Of a DNA stretch of 64,000 nt, positions 29,639 to 37,682 are shown piece by piece. Position numbers and translations under genes: made by a program. The notes under the pieces were generated by a model. That model saw only the letters and a list, made by a program, of their open reading frames with translations, made no database searches and was not told where the DNA came from. The first letter of the stretch is position 1; each line of letters starts with the position of its first letter. Origin of the DNA: an uncultured Gammaproteobacteria bacterium (GTDB taxonomy: Bacteria; Patescibacteriota; Microgenomatia; Daviesbacterales; UBA10151); contig CAYMUB010000059.1 of assembly GCA_964393545.1 (NCBI GenBank), forward strand, positions 4,571-68,570, in the 5' to 3' direction.

Positions 29639-30918
29639 AATGATTTTCTTCTCAGGTAAATATATCCTAAAAAAGAAACACCAGCAAATACCAGAGTTGC
29701 CCCAATTAATAATGAATAGTTAAATTGCTTTTTATCTTTAACTTCAATTTTGGCTGAAGGTGTGGCTGAGGAAGTGGCTCCAGCAATAGAAGCAACTTGA
29801 TAATTAAATTTAGGAATAGAGGTTGAGTTGGCAAAAGAAGTTTTTGGAAAAGGGGTAGATGAGGTAGCAGAAGGTTTTGCAGTAGAAGATAATGAAGTAT
29901 TGGTGGATGTTCGCTGGTCAGTTCCACCCTGACTATTGCTTACATTTTGAATATTGATATTAGATTCATTGCTCCAAGTCGGACCTGAACCAGAATTTGT
30001 GTATCTGCCTGTTTTAAAAATATAATCTCCTGAACCTGTAAATCCTGAATCTTCACTATCTGGTTGCACTTCTAAACTGCCTGACCAGTTTCCTGCAGAG
30101 TCAGTAGTTATTGGGTATTGCTCAGAATATTTGTTGCCATTTTTAACCCAGTTTCCAGCTACCCTGGTATAGCCAAAATAATTTGAGCCATCAGATTTTT
30201 TAAAAGCACCTTTTAGATAAAATAAGGTATTTGGATTATTTGGTAAGGACAGGTTGATTGAAACATTAAATGATTGATCAGAATTTATTTGAGAAGGGAT
30301 GTTTGAGATGATGAATGAATTGGAATTTGGTGGAGTGGCAGGAGATGGAGTTGTGATAGGGGTAGGAGTTGGGGTTGAGGTTGGAGTTTCTAAGGGTCCA
30401 CCATTACTACTGCCTTTAGAACTAGAAGCAAGCATAGTCCAACTGCCTCCATCCGGACTGCGACCAATGGATTTATTAACTCCAGGATCCGAGCTATATG
30501 AATAATTATCTATGGTGGTGCCACTATCATCTTTAAGATAAATACTGTCTCCAGAATTATTCAAACGATTAGTTACATCAAATGTTGCAAATCCATTAGC
30601 AGTAATATTGCCCGATAGAGTTTTCATTGTTGAAGTGCTGTCAACAAGGATCCAGCTAGTCAAATCAATGGTGTTTGTGGTTGGATTATAAATCTCAATC
30701 CAGTCACTGCCCGGAGAGGGATGAGGCATGAATTCATTCAATACCACAGAATTGGCAAAAATAGATCCAGCTCCAAAAAAGAGGAAAAGGAAGGCAAGAA
30801 TTAGTAGCTTTATTCTCACTACACTAATAGTAGCACTAGAGGATATGCCAGTACAAAGTAACAATGCCATTTTCATGATCAATGACAATCCCTTTACCAA
30901 CAGATGATCCCCCGGCAA
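29635..30918 (-). CDS. Cell-surface protein with lamin-tail domain (LTD), Ser/Thr/Pro-rich stalk and C-terminal TM anchor
   Basis: VLNEFMPHPSPGSDWIEIYNPTTNTIDLTSWIL is a classic LTD signature; true start probably an internal Met (~30876) to avoid overlap with upstream gene. Confidence 0.7.
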   Translation of the reverse strand: MPGDHLLVKGLSLIMKMALLLCTGISSSATISVVRIKLLILAFLFLFFGAGSIFANSVVLNEFMPHPSPGSDWIEIYNPTTNTIDLTSWILVDSTSTMKTLSGNITANGFATFDVTNRLNNSGDSIYLKDDSGTTIDNYSYSSDPGVNKSIGRSPDGGSWTMLASSSKGSSNGGPLETPTSTPTPTPITTPSPATPPNSNSFIISNIPSQINSDQSFNVSINLSLPNNPNTLFYLKGAFKKSDGSNYFGYTRVAGNWVKNGNKYSEQYPITTDSAGNWSGSLEVQPDSEDSGFTGSGDYIFKTGRYTNSGSGPTWSNESNINIQNVSNSQGGTDQRTSTNTSLSSTAKPSATSSTPFPKTSFANSTSIPKFNYQVASIAGATSSATPSAKIEVKDKKQFNYSLLIGATLVFAGVSFLGYIYLRRKSL

Positions 30919-31999
30919 TATTGTAATTGCAGGGTGCTGAAACAGAGTAAGAAATACCTTTCTCAGATGCTAAAATAGCACGGCCTACTCCTTCATATGA
31001 TTTGGGAGCAATATCTAAACCAGTATGGGCAGAAGGAAATCCAAAGATTTTATATACCTCTCCATATTCTGTTGTAATTGTAGTTTCTCCGGAGTATCCT
31101 CTTAAAGGTGGTCCTATTTTGCCATTATCCAAGAAATTATGGGGATTAATTCTTGTTCCTACAACCCTTCCTCCTTCTACTCTTGCATTTTCAAAAACTT
31201 CAAAATGCAGATGAGGCCCTGTTGAGCAACCTGTTGATCCCATGGTAGCAATTACATCCCCTTTATTAACAGGCCCAATCTTTGCGCCCACATTTGAAAT
31301 AGCCTGAGCAATAGAGTTTATCTCAGCTTGTAATTGAGAAATTAAGGATTGATAGCGAACTTCGTCATTTTTGGTAATTCGAAGTAGCTCATCTTTAGAT
31401 TTTTTCTGATCTGCCAGCTGAGACTTATAGGTTTCTAAATCTTTATTTAATTTTTCAGCTTCTGCTTGTCTTGTTTGTTTATCTTGTTTTTGATCGTTAT
31501 AAGAAAGTTTAGTTGCTTGAAGTTCATATAATTTTTTCTTGTCATAGGATTGAGCAACCTGAATATATTTTAGTCTTTCTATTAAATCAGCAAAACCGTG
31601 TGATGAAAATAATAAATCAATTGTAGAAACTGTATTGTTATATTTATATGTTTGGACAATCCTCCGGAGGAGTAGTTCAGATAAAGTATCTAAGGTAACA
31701 CCGATCCTATCAATCCTGGAAGATAGATCAGAAATCTCTCTTTTTAATTTTTCAGTTTTTAAGGCAGTCTCTTCAATTTTTAAAGTTGTAACCTTTGTTT
31801 GTCCATCAATAAGGTTAAGTTGTGAGTTTAAAGTTTTTTCCTGATTTTTGGTGTTTGCAAGCTGTTCTTCCAATTTTTGAATTTCAGCCTGTTTTGCTTG
31901 TAGCTGCTTATTTAACTCATCAGGAGATTGGGCATAGCCAGGGGTTGCTGTAAGACTAAATACTACTAGGATTAATAATAATAACAACTTTTTCATCAA
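30836..31999 (-). CDS. M23 family peptidase with N-terminal coiled coil (EnvC-like murein hydrolase activator)
   Basis: Signal peptide, long coiled coil, C-terminal M23/LytM domain (HLHFEV..., GLDIAP...); adjacent to ftsEX. Confidence 0.8.
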   Translation of the reverse strand: MMKKLLLLLILVVFSLTATPGYAQSPDELNKQLQAKQAEIQKLEEQLANTKNQEKTLNSQLNLIDGQTKVTTLKIEETALKTEKLKREISDLSSRIDRIGVTLDTLSELLLRRIVQTYKYNNTVSTIDLLFSSHGFADLIERLKYIQVAQSYDKKKLYELQATKLSYNDQKQDKQTRQAEAEKLNKDLETYKSQLADQKKSKDELLRITKNDEVRYQSLISQLQAEINSIAQAISNVGAKIGPVNKGDVIATMGSTGCSTGPHLHFEVFENARVEGGRVVGTRINPHNFLDNGKIGPPLRGYSGETTITTEYGEVYKIFGFPSAHTGLDIAPKSYEGVGRAILASEKGISYSVSAPCNYNIAGGSSVGKGIVIDHENGIVTLYWHIL

Positions 32000-32005
32000 G
32001 ATCCA

Positions 32006-32878
32006 TTAAATTTTTAAATAACGCTTGACAGCACTTATTGATCCAAGTCCGCCAATTATTAAAGCAATAGAGATTACAAATCCCAAAAGAGTTAACATAA
32101 AAATAGGATCAAGCGGTAAGAGTTTAACCTCACCTAAATATCCTTGTAAAAATGGGGTAAAATACCAAATCAGACTAAAACATAGTATCCAGGCTAGTAC
32201 TGCTCCTGAAACACCATAAAATATTCCTTCCAGAATAAAAGGGTTCCTGATAAATGAAGGAGAGGCTCCCAGTAGCCGCATGATTTCGATCTCGTTTCTG
32301 CGCAGTCTAATTTTAAACCCGATAATCATAATAATTACTAAGAGAGCAAAGATCATCAAAAATCCAACAGTGGCTGAACCAACTATACGGATTATTTTGG
32401 TAAATGAGGTTAAGGTTTGGACCACATCTTCAGGTACTATTACCTCTGAAATTACCGGTTCTTTTTTTAAAATATCTGCAATAGGGGTTAAATCCTCAGG
32501 ACTTTGAGTAGATATTTCCAATGAAGCAGGTAGAATATTAGCTGTGACGAGTTCCAAAAGAGCAGGATCTTTTTTATTTTTCTCCCTATAGATTTGAAGA
32601 GCATCATCTTTGGAAATATATTTTGTTTTTGCGACCCTACTTTCTTGATGCAAGGCATTTTCTATGGTGGAAATATCTTGAATAGTTGTACCCTCTTTAA
32701 AAAAAGCTATTACCTGAGGTTTACTTTCAAAATATTTCAAGGCAATTTGAGAACCGGCTGCCAGCAAAATAAAAGTTTGGAGTGACAAAAAGGTTAGGAA
32801 CATAATCATAACTGCAGCAATTGCCTGAAAAGGGGTTCGGCGGATATTCCGTTTAGCATAAGATAAGGTTCTACTCAT
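32006..32878 (-). CDS. ftsX: Cell division permease FtsX
   Basis: 290 aa, 4-TM FtsX topology with periplasmic loop; overlaps ftsE. Confidence 0.85.
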   Translation of the reverse strand: MSRTLSYAKRNIRRTPFQAIAAVMIMFLTFLSLQTFILLAAGSQIALKYFESKPQVIAFFKEGTTIQDISTIENALHQESRVAKTKYISKDDALQIYREKNKKDPALLELVTANILPASLEISTQSPEDLTPIADILKKEPVISEVIVPEDVVQTLTSFTKIIRIVGSATVGFLMIFALLVIIMIIGFKIRLRRNEIEIMRLLGASPSFIRNPFILEGIFYGVSGAVLAWILCFSLIWYFTPFLQGYLGEVKLLPLDPIFMLTLLGFVISIALIIGGLGSISAVKRYLKI

Positions 32879-33545
32879 ATTTACCCTCCTTGGTATCTTT
32901 AGAAATTTTGCCGTTTTTCAAAATAACTACTCTTCTTTTTAAAGTATTTACTATTTCTTGATTATGAGTAGCCATCAAAATTGTAGTTCCCCAGGAATTA
33001 ATTTCATTTAAGAGTTGAATTACTCCCCAGGCAGTTTTTGGATCCAAATCTCCGGTTGGTTCATCTGCCAGTAGTACATCAGGTTTTCCCACAACTGCTC
33101 TGGCTATGGCAGTTCTTTGAGCTTCACCTCCAGAGAGTTGTCTGGGGAAAAGATTTCTTTTATCCCAAATTTCTACCAGTTTTAAGATGTGTTCAACTAA
33201 TTTCTCAGTCTCCTCATCTTTTTTACCTTGTACCTCTAAACTCAAAGCTACATTTTCAAAAACTGTTCTATCATCCAACAGCTTAAAATCCTGGAAAACA
33301 ACTCCTACTTTTCTTCGTAAAGATGGAACATCCTTATCTTTTATTTTTGTGATGTCAATGTTTCCAACAGTTACTTTACCTGTGGAAGGTTTTACCTCTT
33401 TTGTCAGGATTCTTAAAAGTGTAGATTTACCAGCCCCAGACGGACCAACAATAAATACAAATTCACCGCTGTTTATTTCCAGGGAAATATTATCTAAAGC
33501 AAAGTTTGCACCAAATTTTTTATTAACTGAGTCGAAAACAATCAT
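32871..33545 (-). CDS. ftsE: Cell division ATP-binding protein FtsE
   Basis: 224 aa ABC ATPase: Walker A GPSGAGKST, signature LSGGEAQR, Walker B LLADEPTG. Confidence 0.9.
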   Translation of the reverse strand: MIVFDSVNKKFGANFALDNISLEINSGEFVFIVGPSGAGKSTLLRILTKEVKPSTGKVTVGNIDITKIKDKDVPSLRRKVGVVFQDFKLLDDRTVFENVALSLEVQGKKDEETEKLVEHILKLVEIWDKRNLFPRQLSGGEAQRTAIARAVVGKPDVLLADEPTGDLDPKTAWGVIQLLNEINSWGTTILMATHNQEIVNTLKRRVVILKNGKISKDTKEGKYE

Positions 33546-33549
33546 TCAT

Positions 33550-33999
33550 TTACTTAATTTCTTCTACTTTACCAACATCCATTAGCCAACCTTCTTTCAA
33601 AGCTTTTTGAGTTTCACCATATATCTTAACTTTTTTACCCTCATATTTTGAAAGATCAACAACAGAGGATGTAAGAGCTACAGGTACTCCAGTTTCACGC
33701 ACTAAAGTGTGAGTACCTTCTACATATTCTCCGGGATCTTTCGGTTGAGGTTTTACTGCAATTTTTCCTTCAGCAAAATCCTTAAAAGTACGTGTGTCTG
33801 TTTGAGCGTTTTTGGCAACCGGTACTCCTAAACCTGCGCTTTTTAAGTCCCCACCACCTTTGTTTGAGAGAATATAACCTGTAATCACTCCTAAAACAAC
33901 TGAGACAACAACCACAGTTAAAAGAAGTTTAGATGGATTATTTGTAGAGATGAAATCTTTGGTTATTTTATTAGCCTTCGAAATAGCAGTATCTTCCAT
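33550..33999 (-). CDS. Hypothetical membrane-anchored protein
   Basis: 149-aa ORF with one TM helix; no family recognised. Confidence 0.45.
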   Translation of the reverse strand: MEDTAISKANKITKDFISTNNPSKLLLTVVVVSVVLGVITGYILSNKGGGDLKSAGLGVPVAKNAQTDTRTFKDFAEGKIAVKPQPKDPGEYVEGTHTLVRETGVPVALTSSVVDLSKYEGKKVKIYGETQKALKEGWLMDVGKVEEIK

Positions 34000-34037
34000 A
34001 TATTAATACTAATATAACAACAAATTGAGTAATTTGT

Positions 34038-35117
34038 CTACCCCGAAGTTTGTAAAGACTTAAGTTCAGATTCAATAAATTGGTTTAAGTCCCCATCTAA
34101 AACAGCATCTGTATCCGATGTTTCAACATTTGTTCTTAAATCTTTAACCATATGGTAAGGATGTAGTACGTAGGATCTTATCTGAGTTCCCCAGGAGGCT
34201 TGGGTTGCTCCACCTTTCAACTGTTTGGTTAGTTGTTGTTTTTCTTGTTCTTGTTTTTCCCAAAGCTTACTCAAAAGCAGTTTCATGGCATTTTCCCTAT
34301 TTTGAAGCTGAGATCTTTCTGTTTGAGCTGTGACAGTAAGTCCGGTTGGAATATGTTTAACTCTAACTGCTGTTGATACTTTATTGACATTTTGTCCTCC
34401 TGCACCTCCTGATCTAAAAGCTTCAAACTCTATATCTGATTCATTTATTTCAACTTCTGAAGGGTTAATCACAGGTAAAACTTCCACCAAAGCAAAAGAG
34501 GTTTGTCTTAGTTTATCAGCATTGAAAGGAGATTGTCTAACCAACCTATGTGTGCCTTTTTCTCTTTTCAAATATCCAAAGGCAAAAGGTTCATGGATAA
34601 TCATTGAGACTGTTTTTATGCCTGCTTCTTCACCTGCATCTTCATCAGTCACCTCGTACTTCCAGTCTTGCCTATCAAAATATCTTTGAAACATCCTAAC
34701 AAGCATTGCTGCCCAATCCATGGCCTCAACTCCTCCTGCTCCTGAGTGAACAGATAAGATTGCCTCACTATCATCATGAGGATTAGATAAAAATAACTTT
34801 AATTCTAATTTATCCAAGATTTGTTCTAATTCTTTAACTTCCTTGTTTAAATCTCCCTGCATAGAGGGTTCTCCTGATATTTCCAAAGCATTATTGATTC
34901 TGGTTTCCAAATCAGTCATTGTGGTCAATGTCTTTTGTTTATTTGACAGCTGACGGCTGATAGCTGAGGACTCTTGAGGATTATTCCAAAACCCCTCTTT
35001 CATAGTCTGAGCTTCAAATTCCCTGATTTCAGTTTGCAACTTATCCTGATCAATCGCCTGAGTAACTTTCCCAAACCTGTCATTTAAATCCTTTAATTCA
35101 TTTTGTATTTCTTCCAT
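34038..35117 (-). CDS. prfB: Peptide chain release factor 2 (no programmed frameshift)
   Basis: 359 aa; SPF tripeptide (RQSPFNA) and GGQ motif ([13 protein letters not shown]); single uninterrupted ORF. Confidence 0.88.
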   Translation of the reverse strand: MEEIQNELKDLNDRFGKVTQAIDQDKLQTEIREFEAQTMKEGFWNNPQESSAISRQLSNKQKTLTTMTDLETRINNALEISGEPSMQGDLNKEVKELEQILDKLELKLFLSNPHDDSEAILSVHSGAGGVEAMDWAAMLVRMFQRYFDRQDWKYEVTDEDAGEEAGIKTVSMIIHEPFAFGYLKREKGTHRLVRQSPFNADKLRQTSFALVEVLPVINPSEVEINESDIEFEAFRSGGAGGQNVNKVSTAVRVKHIPTGLTVTAQTERSQLQNRENAMKLLLSKLWEKQEQEKQQLTKQLKGGATQASWGTQIRSYVLHPYHMVKDLRTNVETSDTDAVLDGDLNQFIESELKSLQTSG

Positions 35118-35226
35118 TAGGAGATTATATTACGAATGAAGTGAGTAATACAGTTTTTTGCAACGCAAAAGTATATAACTTATTTTTGATCTGAAATATC
35201 TTTAGCATTCATTGATCTTTGCTAAG

Positions 35227-36471
35227 TTAATAAAATGGCGGTGGGATAGTAAGTAATTGTTTTGTATTATTCTGTTTATCGTTTATAAATTTTTTTATAC
35301 GGGCAGTTATTTTATAAGGAAATTTACTGCTAAGAAAAAGTGGAACATAATTAGGAATAATTATTTTTCTTACCACAATAGCCGAGTTTACAGAGAAATC
35401 TTTCACAAACACTGCTTGCTTTTGGCTTATTATCTCCTGAGTAAGAGAAGAATAAATTGTTCCAGGACTAGTTTTTTTAAAAAAATCTTTTTTGTAATTC
35501 CTACTATCTACTATCTCCCCTTTCAATAAGAAGGCAATGTCTTTGAGAGGTTTTTCCTGAAGCCAATAATTTTTAGTTTCATGAAAAAAGTAATTAAGAG
35601 AAAAGGATTCTGATGTTTCTTCTGAAGGAATCCCTATCTTATAATTTCTACTTTTAACATATAATTTAAAAGCTTCCAGAATAGCTTGAGTTATTGCTAT
35701 TGTAAGATTAGTATGAGTCTTCAATCCAATTGTAACAACCGAATTTTCATCGAAAAGCAGAATACCAATAGTATAAACAGGCAGATCGTATGAAAAATCA
35801 AGTACAACTAGGTATATTTTATAGTTTTGTTTTAAAGATTGGATGAGTTCTTTTAATTCCCTTGATTGTTCGAAATCTATAATTTTTGGCGAAGTTTTTG
35901 TCAAATAGTAAAGCATAAAATTATCCCGTTCTATTACTTCTAATAGACCCGCAAGGAGTGCAGAACTTTCATCAAAATTTGCTGCAGCACCAGTACTTAT
36001 TGGAATTCGGAGTTTAGGTTCATTCGGTGCAAACAAATAGTGTGAATACACAAATTGAGTAGGAATAAGTACCCGTTTTTTCTCACTTTGGGAATAGCTT
36101 TCTGTCCATCTGAATTTTGAGAAAGCGGTGTCTGTTTCTCTTTCGAAAATACTAAATATAGATGGTGAGATACCGGTTCTTGGTTGTTGTAGTAATATTG
36201 TTGCTTCTTTTTGTGTGTAGGTAATTGATAGCCACTCAATCGCTTCCATTACTGCTTTAATGAATGCTCCTTTAAGAGAAGTGTCGTTTGCAGAGCTAAA
36301 GCTATTAGTATCTCCTCTTCTATACTCAATACTTACGATAAAAATATTTTTTTTCTCAGAGAGTGGAAAAATTTCTACAAAAGCCTCTTGTATTATTCCC
36401 TTTCGTTTTAATGAGTGGTAGAGTTTTCTTACTTTTTCGTACATATCAATATTAGATAAAATAGTCAGCAT
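35227..36471 (-). CDS. YcaO-domain protein (ATP-dependent amide-backbone activating enzyme: cyclodehydratase/thioamidation family)
   Basis: 414 aa; canonical YcaO ATP-binding motif ISTGAAANFDESSALLAGLLEVIERD and C-terminal Pro-rich tail ...IPPPFY*. Confidence 0.85.
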   Translation of the reverse strand: MLTILSNIDMYEKVRKLYHSLKRKGIIQEAFVEIFPLSEKKNIFIVSIEYRRGDTNSFSSANDTSLKGAFIKAVMEAIEWLSITYTQKEATILLQQPRTGISPSIFSIFERETDTAFSKFRWTESYSQSEKKRVLIPTQFVYSHYLFAPNEPKLRIPISTGAAANFDESSALLAGLLEVIERDNFMLYYLTKTSPKIIDFEQSRELKELIQSLKQNYKIYLVVLDFSYDLPVYTIGILLFDENSVVTIGLKTHTNLTIAITQAILEAFKLYVKSRNYKIGIPSEETSESFSLNYFFHETKNYWLQEKPLKDIAFLLKGEIVDSRNYKKDFFKKTSPGTIYSSLTQEIISQKQAVFVKDFSVNSAIVVRKIIIPNYVPLFLSSKFPYKITARIKKFINDKQNNTKQLLTIPPPFY

Positions 36472-36991
36472 TCCTAAAGAGAATTTTTTTATTTTTATTT
36501 GGTGATTGTAAAGACCTTTCTATGCTGCTATTAATTCGTTGGGGATTACTAATAAATTCTGCTATCGGGATCGAAGAAAGCGATGAAGTATGAGGAAATT
36601 TTATTTCCTTATCGTCAATATGAAAACAAATGTAAGAGTAGTCACTTTTAATAATTTTTTTAGGTATAAAAATATCGTTGTAAACTTGAAGATCCTCGAT
36701 ATTACAGTTAGGTTTTTGTTTATACCTATTTAAAATACCTTGTTCTAATCCAGTGGGTTCTAATTTTTTGCCCCACCGAAGATTTATTGCCACTCCCTTT
36801 CCATAGTTGAACTCGGGTTTTAGCTTTTCTATAAATAGTTTTGACTTGGGTGCATTACAAATAGGAGAGAAGTCAGTTTGGAGCATCAGAAAAAGAAGTT
36901 TGATTAAATGAAGAGCATTCTTATTAGTTTTTGATTTTTTTGTATATGTCTGTGTTACAAAGGCTTTTAAAAACTCTCGAAGTGCTGTCAT
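36452..36991 (-). CDS. Hypothetical protein, candidate YcaO partner (translationally coupled; RRE/E1-like or TfuA-like role unproven)
   Basis: 179-aa ORF overlapping YcaO start by 20 nt and 21 nt downstream of the 155-aa ORF; no family recognised. Confidence 0.5.
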   Translation of the reverse strand: MTALREFLKAFVTQTYTKKSKTNKNALHLIKLLFLMLQTDFSPICNAPKSKLFIEKLKPEFNYGKGVAINLRWGKKLEPTGLEQGILNRYKQKPNCNIEDLQVYNDIFIPKKIIKSDYSYICFHIDDKEIKFPHTSSLSSIPIAEFISNPQRINSSIERSLQSPNKNKKILFRNADYFI

Positions 36992-37012
36992 GATTTTATA
37001 GGCAAGGAGGTT

Positions 37013-37480
37013 TTATGTACAACAGCAGATTCCACGTTTTTCACGGCTAACATATGATTCGCTTTCTTCAATAGGGCCATTGCCAACACTGCTGTTACTG
37101 CTGTTACTGCTGTTACTTATTGTCCAGTCTATAAGAGGAGTATTGGCATATATTTTTTCTACTAATGCAGGTTTTCCAAGTCTGGTAACTGCAAACCACT
37201 CAAGCGGTACCATAAATGTAAAGGCTGCTTGTACTGCCCGCTCTATAAATGGCTTAAGTCTTCGTGGAATAGTAGTTCCCTGTCCTTCCATAAATGCAAC
37301 CTGATTTTGTGCGCGTTGATGGGTGATTCCCAGGAGGACCACTCCAGCTTGACCAAAACCTCTCTCGTTAAGTGTCCGCAATATTTCGGTAGAGCTATTA
37401 GGAGTTCGATCATGTTTTATGAGTTGAGCCTGATACTGTTCAATAGCAGCTCGGGTGAGCGAACGAAATGGTTCAGTCAT
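37013..37480 (-). CDS. Hypothetical 155-aa protein with Ser/Asn repeat and Cys-rich C-terminus (...SNSSNSSNSSVGNGPIEESESYVSREKRGICCCT*); candidate YcaO substrate/precursor
   Basis: First gene of the three-gene operon; locally GC-richer than neighbours; C-terminal low-complexity plus CCC tail. Confidence 0.5.
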   Translation of the reverse strand: MTEPFRSLTRAAIEQYQAQLIKHDRTPNSSTEILRTLNERGFGQAGVVLLGITHQRAQNQVAFMEGQGTTIPRRLKPFIERAVQAAFTFMVPLEWFAVTRLGKPALVEKIYANTPLIDWTISNSSNSSNSSVGNGPIEESESYVSREKRGICCCT

Positions 37481-37504
37481 ACCTATTAATTATAACACTG
37501 TTTA

Positions 37505-37532
37505 ATTCTAAGAGTTTTATATCGACTGGCAA
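37505..37532 (-). promoter_or_regulatory. Putative promoter of the YcaO operon (minus-strand TTGCCA-16 nt-TAGAAT)
   Basis: Reverse complement of 37505-37532 gives TTGCCA...TAGAAT ~25 nt upstream of the 37480 start. Confidence 0.3.
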
Positions 37533-37682
37533 TTGTCCTTGGGTTTAGAACATCAGCCTAGGGGAGTACTTATTTTGTCATTCTCATAATGCAGCATTCA
37601 CTATATGAAAAACAAGTTTAAAGAACTAAAAAAATTGCAGTACGGAAAATTAGTTTAAACCTCGTAAAGAAAATGGTAGAAT

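Noticed and set aside
30299-30505. Plus-strand ORF with GVGVGVEVGV repeats
   Set aside because: It is the antisense reading of the S/T/P-rich low-complexity stalk of the lamin-tail-domain protein.
33038-33585. Plus-strand ORFs antisense to ftsE
   Set aside because: ftsE is unambiguous (Walker A/B and ABC signature), so the antisense frames are spurious.
35257-36239. ORFs 35257..35529 (+) and 35997..36239 (-) within the YcaO gene
   Set aside because: They are alternative-frame or antisense ORFs inside a gene with diagnostic YcaO motifs.
37091-37117. Perfect 9-bp x3 tandem repeat (GCTGTTACT)3, considered as a possible CRISPR/VNTR element
   Set aside because: It is too short and lacks spacers for CRISPR. 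It is in-frame coding for SNSSNSSNS in the 155-aa ORF, so it is reported only as part of that finding.
37080-37489. Plus-strand ORFs 37080..37304 and 37229..37489 overlapping the 155-aa minus-strand ORF
   Set aside because: The minus-strand ORF is longer, and it sits in operon register with the partner and YcaO genes. The plus-strand frames include a poly-Leu run that merely mirrors the (SNS)3 repeat. Some residual uncertainty about which strand is coding remains.
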